From assembly GCA_036172245.1 (NCBI GenBank), contig JAYWIR010000038.1, positions 558,001 through 622,000 on the forward strand: a stretch of DNA of 64,000 nucleotides, written 5' to 3'. A model generated the notes under the pieces. The model did no database searches, had not been told where the DNA came from, and saw nothing but the letters and a program-made list of their open reading frames with translations. A program made the position numbers and the translations under genes. This document shows, one piece after another, positions 23,913 to 42,822 of the stretch; position 1 is the stretch's first letter; the number at the start of each line of letters is the position of its first letter. The stretch is from Raillietiella orientalis. Its lineage: Eukaryota.

Positions 23913-26299
23913 GAAATCGATCAAAGTCTGGCAGACTTCATAAAAAAAAGCTTTTCCTCTTTGTCACCGAAGAAAAGATGGTATTATTGTCACTGATCGG
24001 TAGGCTTCCGTTGTTGTCATGCAAAAGAAACCCATCCTCCTCCACGCGAGTTTCCTGAGAAGAGGAAAGGAACGGACGAATCATTGGAGATCATCGTTGA
24101 GTTCCTGAAACGAAACTCCGTTTCTCCACGCTTGTTTCTTCAGTGATGCGGTGTTCCTGTTGACGAAGCTTTCCAGGATGCTCCAGATGTGCGACCCTTG
24201 AGAACGGAGAAGAAGAGGCTTGAAGTGGAGCGTGCTTTTGCTGCTTCTGAAACTTTTTAGTCCAGCTGCTTCATCCATCCACTGGCCTGGACAGCAGCAA
24301 ACGTCTCGAGGAGACACCGTACCTGGAACGCGTCGTCGCTCAAATCGCGTCCGTGCTGCGTGTGTACAGGGAGGACCTCGAGTTGCCGTAGGACCCCGAA
24401 GAGTTTCTCACATCCAGAGATCCCGGAAGAACGCCGGAATGCACCGACTCGGCCAGGTGCCCCTAGCCCACTAGAGGATGATTGGAGGAGCAGAGCTGGC
24501 TCGTCTTCTCCCTTCCCTTTCTATTTCCTCTTCCAACGATGATTCGGATCCTCAGAAATGATCCCAGACGCCGAGGATAATGGTGACTTGATTCTTATTC
24601 TAGAATGTTAAGTCTGAGCCCAAGTTGGGAGTCGACTTCCAGGCTCGTTGGTTACACGCTTCCAGATTCACTGTTTTATGCTTGCTCCGTTCACAAGGCC
24701 GGCATGCCTCCTGATGATGAAAGTGCTATTTGGAGTAGCAGCTTCTGAGAACTGCTATCCCAGATAGTAAACGGCCAATGTACTGGGAACATTGAGAGGT
24801 GCTGAATTATTGCATCGTCGACTCCAGGGACTGTAACTAATCAATGAGCTCTCCGTGTAAGCATAAATCTCCATTCAGAGGTCTTTGCACTTGCATCATT
24901 TTTTCATACTAAACAAATCCATATCTCCCAAGTTTTATTTTCTTTTTTCCTAAGAGCTGCATCTGGACTCCTGATTCCTACCTCTTACAGAAATTTACTT
25001 TATAAACGAAACTTCTGTTCTTTAGGGAAGCAACATTTATTAATTGTTGCTATCGTTATATCATCTTATACGAATTCTTATTAGGTAATTCATCCCAAAA
25101 CGGTAATTTTAAACTACTATATCTTAAATTTACTTTCATTTCTACAGGCAGCGATATAAAAAGACGTCATATTAATTGTGGGAATGCCTCATCACGAAAA
25201 TCTTTGAGTCAGTCCTCGCTCCTGCAAGAATTTACTGGTTTCAGTGTTTGCAAATCGATATGAAACAATTTTTGCTCTTTATTAACTGCAATAAAACCAC
25301 TGGTCTCGTCTTTATTATATCCAGAATTGCATAAAGGATAATGAGTAATGACCTTTATTAAACACGACATCAGAAATATTTAGCAGCTGTGCATCTTAAT
25401 AAGATATTTACATTCATTTATTTTGTACTGTGATAATATTCCGAAATAAAACGTTTCTTCATCTGGATTATTTTAGTCTTATTCTATCCTGAAAGAGGTA
25501 CTCTTGTTTATGTGATGAGCGAGCATGAATTTCAGCTACTCGCCATGTCACAAGTGGTTTACTAAACATTAGCTGATATAAAAAAGGAATTTTGATAAGA
25601 AACCTTTTGCAATCCCAAAAGTTGAGAACTCCTCGGGTGATTTGCTTGTATTCTTCCGTCACATACAACATTACGAAGTGCTTCTGCTGCTCACTAAGGA
25701 AAGAAATTACTCTTCACAAGTCTCTCTTGTATGGGGAGGTAACCTGTCTTTAGGATGTACAGTTCTTGATTTTTTTTTATCAGTAGAATTCAGTTTGCTG
25801 ATTTTAGTAATATTGGTTTGAGAGAAGTCAATAAAGCGGGATTCGTTTCAACAGCATATGAAAGTAACCGAAGAATCATTGGACTATTTACAGCCAGAGC
25901 AACTTACCATGGGTAACTCCAAATTCTGTTGATAATGGATTCAATTGTGGTTCATTATTTATTGTTATGAAATCATAATGATTATTACTTTCTTCTTTTG
26001 AGAATACTGAATACCATTTTCAGACATTCAAGATATTTGATCTCTAAAAATTATCAAGAACCAAGAAAATGAAGCGTCACCCCTTCATGTAAATGAGCTA
26101 AGTTCACATTATTAGAACCTAGGTAGGTGTTTGAGTCAATCTTGAAACATATTCGAATAGTTGATGTGTGAAACATAAAACATTCGGTGATGGTTCTATC
26201 GGAATACAACAGTTCTTAGCAGATCTTTTTACAGTTAATTTTTCCGTTTTCCTCGTTGTTTCCACATTCTCGTGATTACATTGCTCGTATTGACCTAAT

Positions 26300-26700
26300 T
26301 TCATCTTTCCTTTTCTATTTTAGCGAATTCCGATTTAGAACCTTTGCTTGTGTCTTTAAAAGTAAAAGCTGATTAAGACAAAACGGAAGTATCGGAAAAA
26401 AGAGAGCTCTCTTCTTCAAGCACGTGGTCCTGATAACACTGTTGAACGTAAACAAATTTCTGTCTGCGGTACGGAACGATCTGTCAAATAAGCAATCGTT
26501 CACAGAATGTGCCGAATTCTTGTGGCCTCGATTTGTTTTTGATGAAAATTTAGGAGACGAATTCTTCATAGATGTGTAATCACTGAGCATAGTTTTGGGT
26601 TTTTATTAGAAGTGTTTGAATCCTTAGTTAATGCCATTCGTAAGCAACTGTTTGGCATTTGTTCATGTGTGAGGTCGTGCATAACCGATCAGTGAATAAT
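26300..26700. promoter_or_regulatory. Probable UBE3B promoter region (locally CpG-rich)
   Basis: CpGs are visibly denser here (aacggaagtatcgg, cacgtgg, tgcggtacggaacgatc) than in the gene body; includes ETS-like CGGAAGT and E-box CACGTG. Confidence 0.35.
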
Positions 26701-26880
26701 TCCAGAAAAATAATGAAACAATTGTAACAATGGATTCGCAATTTGTATTGTGTGATGGATGACCACTCTAATTCTAGATTTAAGACTTTGTATAGCTTCA
26801 CCAGAAAACCTTCGTTCATGCATCTAATCCATACTTATGTAATAATTTATTTGATGATGGCATGAAAACTTGCCGGAAAG

Positions 26881-29800
26881 ATGCAACAAGAAAGCACCTT
26901 GCAGCAGAAGAGATTGGAAGCAGCTGCAATATGCATTCAAAAACACACACGAAGGTGGCTAAAGCAACGGTTATATATACAAATGATACGGTAATCAAAA
27001 TATATGCTTACATTTTTTCTTTATTCCATCATTGGAAATTGAATCTTTATTCCCTAATGTGGCAGTAATTTAAAAAAATACTAAGTGTTAAATTATCATC
27101 TTGACACAATGCCCATGTTTTGGTTATGTTTTCTCAATGGAATTCAGATACAAGTACCAGAATATATTAGTGGGCACAAGTTAGGTTTCGCGTTAAGTCT
27201 CTAGTCCATTATAATCAGTTTATGCAATTAAGGGTAAATATTATGTTTTGCAGTGTTGTTTTCGAAAGTGATGTTGAATCACCTGCAGTGTTGAATTTCG
27301 AACTGTAAGTTATCCAGTTGTATCTTACGATTTTTTTTGTTGTGTATGGTAAATGTTAGTTTCTTTTGCGTCCTTTTATTTTAGTTTCATTCAGATATGT
27401 TTCTGGTGTCACCATAGGTTGCCCAATTCAAATTAACGTATTAATTTTCTTTGGTATTTATTTTGAGGTCATTTCATACTGTAAGGAATCTTCTAAGTTC
27501 CCGATGCCTCTGATTTTTCTGCAGAACTTAAATTATTTTGCATTTGTCACTAAAAAATGCAGGCATTTTTAAAGCTTGTAAATAGAGAAAATAGTAATTT
27601 CAGCTCAAAGCTGTAATTCATGGTGGAAGTAATCAAATTAGAGTGGCTTTCTTCATACTGATTAAATGCAGGAAGTTTTACTGCAGGGTTTCAGAATTAT
27701 ATTATGGCAGGACATTGATTTAATTTACATTTGTTTACATGCGATTTAATCACTAGCTTTCATTCTCCATAATGCATTTTTTATCTTTTAATATAGACTT
27801 TCAGTTTTTACTAAAGAATAACAAATTACTAATTACTAATTTTTTTGATGTGAAAACAAACGAAGTGAATAATTTGCTCTTCAGATGAGTGGAACCACAG
27901 CTAGTTCAAAGGCGGAAAGCTTGTTTATGTTTTAATCTGTAAAATAAACCCTTTGATTCATATCCAAATTTTTAAAGCAGTCAATAACAGGCGTTTTTTG
28001 TTAATGGCCATTTTTGTTTCATTATGGTGCTTTCTTTTTTCTCTGATTTTTCAGATCATCTAACATAATTCATTTAATTTTGACATTTGTAAATCTTATA
28101 ATGATGAAAAGCACATTGAAATTGTGTAAAACATTGAAGCATATAGTCCTATTCTATAAACTGCAAGGTGTAACCAGTCAACCAGATTTATTCAGAATCA
28201 GTGAATGTTGTGATTTTTTATTCTTATCTATATTGTCCATTTATGGAAAATGATATGATGGTAACAGTAGTTAATTAAGATGCATCTTGAAAGTTCTGGT
28301 TGGATACTTGCACTTCATATTTGTTGCATTTTTTTTAATTGTTACTAAAGTTTGGTCTGAGACATTTAATCAATTTCAGGAATGAATTTGATAAATACAT
28401 TGAAGACTTTAATGAACAACAGAATGTTCTGTTGAAGTCAAAACATATGTATCTCCTGGCATCAAGGTTACTTTCAATTTTTTCCCCTGAAGTAGATAGA
28501 AATCGATTTAAGAAACTATGCAGGTAAATATGATAAGGAAATGCACAGTACAACAACCAATGCAGTGTAGATACCTTGTTGTGAGTATGGATCAAGAAGA
28601 TTCAAGTGTAAGTTATCTTGGAGTTTTTTTAAACAAAGAAACTTCACTCAAGTGGATTGCTCACATCAAGTTAATTTTGAAATTCACTTTTGAACTTATG
28701 ATAAATCTCAAACTAGATACATCATTTCAGTCACAGGAGGCATTGATATATTTGCACACTTTGGTTGTTTTCTTAAGTAAGTTGGAAAGTAAAAGTAAAA
28801 ATTGAGCAGGGATTTCAGATTTCTACATTTTGAAAGTTTCCTTCCAGACTGTCAATCTTGGAAAGCTGCTAACAAACTTCCTGTTGAGGTGAAGAGAACT
28901 TTAGAACAGTTAGCAGCCAATTTCTTGTCGTATCTGATACAGAATAAACTTTATTTTGTCTTGCAGGTATTGTTTATTGCACATTTTTGGAAAATACAAA
29001 TTCCTTTTCAGCATGTGTTGATGAATGGATTAAATCGCTTTAAACCTATCCTGACTCCTCTTGCAATGACAGCGATTTTCAGCCTTATTTGGAAATCATT
29101 AGTACTGTCCAATTTTTGCGACGATTTCCATATTCTATATTGTGTACATATACTTAGCATCCCAGCTATCCTAGTCCATTGCAATGTCATGTGTCCCCAG
29201 GTAATGTGCACTTGCATATTGCATCTTTTTTTAGATGAATGCATTTTAGATTATTTCTTTGTACTCATCTAAACATTTTCTCAAATGCATAGTGCATACG
29301 ATATCAAAAGAAGAGCATTTGAATGCTGTTTGTAATCCTTTAGATGCAAATGGTGTTCTTTGCTTGCTAGCTAACTTAGTGCAGCTGGCAAATGCTGATA
29401 AGACAGAATTGGAGGATAGTGAATTTCGTCAGCATTTTGTGGTGGGACTCACGATCATGTTTTCACTGTGTGCTCAAGATTTTCCATCTACCATCTAGCT
29501 TATCTTACTGCATCTGTTGTGTTGCTGCCATCAGATTGGAGCTAAAAACTGCAGCACTGTCACCCGTTGGCATCCGATTCTAGGCTGGTGTTCCTGTTTT
29601 TACAAGCTGCAAGTGCAAGAAGCTTTTCTATTAGTCAAGCAACAGCTCCACATAATTTGGAGTCCTAGTTTCACCCATGTCTTTCTTGAGCCACTATTTC
29701 AGCTTTATGAGGATGTTGAAAACACCTCACAAATTCCATCAGAAACACATAATCAGAGACTTCTTTCATTTTTTTCACGACTCTCAGGCAAACCAAAAGT

Positions 29801-32800
29801 ATCCAAGAAACAGCCATCATCATCTGATACTTTTTCCAACTCTATGATTACTAATGTGGCTCAGACTTGTTCTATGTATTATCAGGCTGCCAATGTGTTG
29901 ACTGCTCTTCGAATGGATATTTTAACAGGTGTATGGATGTCTGAGTAGCAAACTAATCCATTTATAGGTCTTAGCGTGGAAGATCAACTCTTGAAAGGAT
30001 GGTGGAAGTTGTTCAATTCTCTAGGTCCTCAGTATGGTTTAAATGTTTTTGTGGATCTGATTGCAAAGCATCCCAGTGGAGACACTCCTGTGTTACATCT
30101 GCTAATGCTATTTTGCGATTGTTTATCGCATTTATTATCGTAAATTTTTCAGTAGTTTCTGATTACTTACTCTTAATAGAATTTTAGATGATCTGGAGTT
30201 TTATGAGCAGCAACGTCCATTATTGCTGAGTGACTATGTTTGCTTAAGTGCTTTTCTCAACCAGTTTTTATTTCAAATCATCTGGCATCAGTTGATAGGT
30301 AGGAATAATGCATGTGTATTGCTGTACTTATGTGTGTGATGCATATCTGCCAAAGATTTGGACAAAATTGATGAGAATAATGTTTTTAAATCTGTACACA
30401 ATTTGTATCTTGTACTGTACCAGTGGGATGCACGAAAATCATTCACACCTCCAGGTCATTGGTGTATTAAGGATGTCAAAACAGCAAATATATTAGATGA
30501 ATTTAAGAAAAAAAAGAAAACTGCTCAGGTACTTGTGATTTTTTGTAAACTATTTAAATTGCGATTGTGTGTTAGATTCTAGTCCAGAAAATGCCTGCCA
30601 TTTTGCACCATGAACAGCGTGTAATATTATTTCGAAAGCAAGTAAATAATGAAAAACAACAACTTGGTTTAAATGAAGTGACTTGTGTGCCATTACAGCC
30701 AACAGTCATCTCTATTCACAGGTCATTGCTTTAGTCATACTTTTTTGCATTCCTAAATCTTAAAACAGGTCACGAATTTTGGAAGATGGTTATCAACAGT
30801 TATCTCAGCTTTCTCCCAGGGCTTTGAAAGGTTTGATTCGTGTCAAGTTCATCAATGCTCAAGGACTGGATGAGGCAGGAATTGATCAGGATGGTGTATT
30901 CAAGGTTGTACAATGGATTCCAAATGCTCAAATAATGACTTGGGTCTTATGCTCACCATCAAAATATTTAATCGGGGATTGTTTAACTAAAGGGTTGCCC
31001 ATCTCCTATCTCATCTATTTTGATATAACCATCTATGTATTCATGTTATTTTGTGAGTTTATGATTTCGTGGTTATTTGAATGTAGTGGGTGTTGCAGAG
31101 AGTTGTCCTTGCAGTATCACTAGGACACATCGGAATTAATATCTGACATATATTGAATTTTGTTTTTATTTTATCAGAAATGAAAGGATAAATTTTGCAA
31201 TTGCAGTTAAATTTGTCATTTTCTTTCATTTTTTCATCTCATCAACTGCAGGTTTAGATTATATTCTTGCTTGAATGCATTTTCAATAACATTGGTAAAC
31301 ACTTAAAAGATATATCCTGAAACCTCAGTAGCCTGTATGTTTATCCGAAGCCATTCAAGTATTTAATGTGTATGGAAAATCAAAAACTGATGCTAAAAAT
31401 TAGGACTGAGCGAACTTGTTTGGGAATCCTGCAAGGTTTATTTTTTAATTTTACATTAGATTTTCAATCCTTGTCTCTGAGCCCTGTATGGGGTTTAATA
31501 TTGGGAGTTTTTGAAAGTACTTGAGTTTTAATGGCAGTTTTTCAAGTGGACTTATTTATGAAGCAAATCCTGTGGAAGCTGCAAAAGAGGTTAAAGGAAA
31601 AAATGCAAGAAACTTCAATAAACAGTGCTATTAAATTAAACTGTAAGGTCATTTCCAAGTGGCGAAAGTGTTATTCAAGTATTAATATCAGGCTACATAT
31701 TTTGTTTGGTATTCTGTTATGTTAATCCAGATTTTGTATTTCAAAGTTCATCTTTTCAGTATTCAAACTATTTCATATTTCAGTTGGAAGCAGCAACTGA
31801 GAGTGGTAAAGTAAAGCAAAATAATTACTCTGAAAAATTTAGGGATATAAGTGTTTTTTTATTTTCCGAACGTCGCTGTTTCTTTCAATTTTTCTGATTA
31901 TCTGTGTTTGCCAAAGTATCTGTTAAGATTTTCGCATATTATGGAGGATTATTTCAGAAGTGCATCATTGTGTTTCCTTTAGCCCGTAAGGGGCGTTTTC
32001 ATTCTGTATTTTCAAATACAAAGGTGTGCATTTGCTACTCTTTTTATGTTAGCAGTTGTTGTACTTACAGCAACCTAAGTACGCTCATAAGTAATATACA
32101 CTCTTAAGTAATACCTTGACTAAGATCTCCCCAAAGCATTTTCAAAGCAGACCACAAAAGGCATCCATGATGTTGAAAACGGCTTTCTGATGACCACTTT
32201 TGTGCGACTGCAGCATTTTTGGTTGAGTTCATTCGTACAGAGTTGTTCTCACTTACCTGTGTGTTTACTTGCAGTTCATTAATTAACCATGTAATTCAAG
32301 GATACTCTGTTTATTATTCACCAGTGTTCATATTCTTTTTTGTGTTAGATTCCTCAGAAATCATTGTTAATCTTGTAATGACTTTATGTAGGAGTTTTTG
32401 GAGGAAACGATGCAATGTGTTTTAAACCCTGCCCTGAACCTATTCAAAGTCAATAATGAACAGCGTCTCTATCCTTCTCCCACTTCGTACTTACAGGATA
32501 ATCATTTGCATTTGTTTGAATTCATTGGCCGTATGCTGGGAAAAGCTGTATATGAGGTGAATGTTACTTTTTCACATTATGAAATGCAATCAGTTTTCAG
32601 GGTATCGTAGTTGATGTGCCCTTTGCATCTTTTTTTTTGAACCAAGTGCAACATAATCACAGCAGCTCATTTTATGAGCTCAGTTCCCTTGATCCAGAAT
32701 TGTACAAAAATCTGACGTACATTAAAGTAATAAAAATGAAACATGAAATGTTTAGTCATGCAGCACCTTGTTTGCTAGCATTATGAGGGTGATGTGAGAG

Positions 32801-33665
32801 ATTTGGATTTGACTTTTTCATATGAAGAAGACTGTTTGGGCAAACTGGTCACTCATGAATTACAAACAGGAGGCAAAGCAATCCCCGTGACAAATGAGAA
32901 TAAGTTACAGAAAATGTATGAATATTGTTTTTCTATTGTCATTTAGGATTCTCTATGTTCATCTGATGGCCCACTTTCATATGAATACACGGATTGGAGA
33001 ACAGACAGCAGCCTTCATCCGTGGTTTCCGTTCCATTATCGATCCTGATTGGCTTAACGTGTTTTCCACTCCAGAGGTTAGTGGGAGCATACCTATGCGA
33101 TTACTGGAACATAATTCAGTTTCATCGATTGATATCTGGGGATACGGGAAGCATCGACTTTGATGATCTACGCAAAAACACACAATATTATGGGGGATTT
33201 CACGATAAACATCGTGTTATCGTTTGGCTTTGGGATGTGCTGCGCAAGGATTTCACAGAAGAGGAACAAAAGATGTTCCTGAAAGTAAGTCAACATGCTC
33301 AAAAAGTTATCATACAATTATGGATGTAGTTTGTGACATCGTGCAGCCGCCCACCCCTACTAGGTTTCAGTCACCTAGATCCTCGTTTTGCTATACGCTG
33401 TGTTGAAGTCGCTGATGATGACGATGACGGAGACACGATTGGTATATTTCTGACGAATACTGATCCGAAAGCTCTTGGATTCTACATCTTAGGCAGTGTG
33501 ATTCGAGGTTTCCTAACTGTGGTGCGACGTGATCCAGTCAATCGTCTGCCAACATCTTCTACATGTTTTAATCTCTTGAAGTTACCAAATTATCAAAAGA
33601 AATCCACATTGAGAGAAAAGCTACGGTATGCTATTCTGTGTAAAACAGGTTTCGAACTCTCATAA
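26881..33665 (+). CDS. UBE3B: HECT E3 ubiquitin ligase, UBE3B family (N-terminal IQ motif, C-terminal HECT); multi-exon
   Basis: Exon 26881-26990 encodes an IQ-like segment ([18 protein letters not shown]) and splices in frame to 28380 (RNEFDKY...). HECT motifs: [74 protein letters not shown], the UBE3B-type insert [20 protein letters not shown], and the catalytic [16 protein letters not shown]...GFELS* ending at 33665. The start codon is uncertain because an in-frame TGA lies at 26863, so a short upstream exon is possible. Confidence 0.92.
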
Positions 33666-33809
33666 TAAAAGGAGAAACAAAACATAATTCTAAGTGGTTT
33701 TATTAATCTCCTCGATTGTCCTTTGAGGGATGTTAGATATCCAGAAAACATGGTAGAGGGATTTGGTTGAATCACACAGTGTAGAAGTAGAGGGAGTTAG
33801 CAAACATGG

Positions 33810-33841
33810 TCACCTGGATATTCGATTTTGTGGTGGCGGAG
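33810..33841 (-). CDS. SERCA: Candidate alternative terminal exon of SERCA (short tail ...KITE-APPPQNRISR*, 1003-aa isoform)
   Basis: Phase-1 donor inside the last exon (GAG G|gtaaaa, exon end 34218). A strong T-tract acceptor (ttttttttttttccag) precedes 33841, with an in-frame TGA at 33810-33812. The position matches the known alternative C-terminal splice of animal SERCAs. Confidence 0.7.
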
Positions 33842-34134
33842 CTGGAAAAAAAAAAAATGGAAATCAAAATGGAAATAGTGCATATAAATTCTTCCATGTG
33901 TACCTTTTATGGCATCACAAGTAGAAAGATCAACGAATCTGGTGCTCTCACATCGATCTCCCTAATTTTGGACATGCTGTAACAAAGCACCCATCACCAG
34001 AATGCAACAGTTTTCATCATCATTTATTTGGAAAACGGAACAGACACAGGAAAGTAGGGTCATACACAAAATCCCACTTTTAGTGCCATGCAGTTAGAAA
34101 ATGTCGATTGTTAAAAAAGGGTAGGTAGGTGCCT

Positions 34135-41584
<7,450 letters not shown>

Positions 41585-42555
41585 TTCTGATCACTCCAAA
41601 AACCACGTAGAATAGAGTAATGAGTGTTTGTAGGACCAATCGTCCTACAACTGTCGAAAGTAGTCTCACACAAGAAACCGCACCGAAAAGTGTTTCATGA
41701 CGTTAGAATTTATGGCTATTCAAATATTCTTTAACACAAGTAGCAGAAATACTAACTTTTTCGTTCATACATCTCAAAATGTATATTGTCTTGGAGTAAC
41801 CTGAAATGCATTTTACACAGAAAACTGGGGTGTACACAGACATGATGCAACCTAGACAACCACAATCGCACATGGCAATACAAAGTAGGCAATCAAAAGA
41901 TCCAACTGAATCGGGCACGATACTCAAATTCATCTCGAGATGAAATGCGGGCTGCATTTCGGGCAGCCGGCAATTCCCAGGTTAATGATACGAACGGGGA
42001 CCGGCATCTCCTTCCGGCGGATCAATCTTCCCACTTTCTTCCTCCTGGATGCAAACCACGGTTCCTCCGGGAGGAGACACCCGCTACGCGCTGCCGTGTA
42101 CTATGCCCACTATCATGCCAACCGCACGTTTCCATGTATAGTGATGTCATTGGATTCCGCAGGCACGTGACACACCACTTAGCCGATACACACACACACA
42201 CAGACATGGTACAGAGCATAACCCACGAGTGACACTATTTCGTATTTAAGCCGTGTTGCTTACTTTAAAGGACTTACTTTATCGACATCAGGAAGATAAA
42301 CAGCGTGATAAAAAGTAAGGACACATACTATACAAGCAACGCAAGTACTACGCTACATAATTTTCTGCATTTTCGATTTTTTTTTTTTTTTCTTTTTTTA
42401 CCATCAATGAGATGCTCAAGGCTTTCCTGGAACAGCAAAGTGTTGTTAATGAAATGGGAATCTTCGGGCGTTTTCGGGAAAACTTGGCGTTTCCCATGCA
42501 CAAATCCCTGCGAGCTTGGCAGGGAAACGTCGACGACAACAGTAAACATCAAAAA

Positions 42556-42621
42556 CGAGGAGGAAGAAGAAGAAGAAGGGGGAGCGGGGGGGGGGAAGGG
42601 AGGGAGGGAGGAAGGAGGGGG

Positions 42622-42656
<35 letters not shown>

Positions 42657-42685
42657 AAAAAAAAAAACAAAAACACACACACACA
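42556..42685. repeat. Low-complexity tract: (GAA/GAG)n, G-runs, (CA)n and A-runs
   Basis: Directly visible; a further long A-run lies at 42841-42901. Confidence 0.9.
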
Positions 42686-42799
42686 TCAAGGCACTTCACG
42701 AAGACACACAAATGTTCCAAGCTTTCCGAATTGCCAGAAATGCACGAGGATGCTTTCCTAACTGATGTAGGCACTTCGTTGTATACATAGCGCCTCTCA

Positions 42800-42822
42800 C
42801 TACTTAGGCTTATTCTCCAGCA
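42800..42822 (-). other. Candidate terminal coding exon (phase 1: xLENKPK*) of an unidentified upstream minus-strand gene, followed by ~1 kb of UTR-like sequence
   Basis: A ~60-nt T-rich tract and tttcctcttcag acceptor are followed by TG CTG GAG AAT AAG CCT AAG TAG. No upstream partner exon was recognised in the window. Confidence 0.35.

Noticed and set aside
24690..25745. In-frame TGA codons as possible selenocysteine read-through
   Set aside because: No recognisable selenoprotein context or SECIS element; TAA and TAG stops are just as common nearby.
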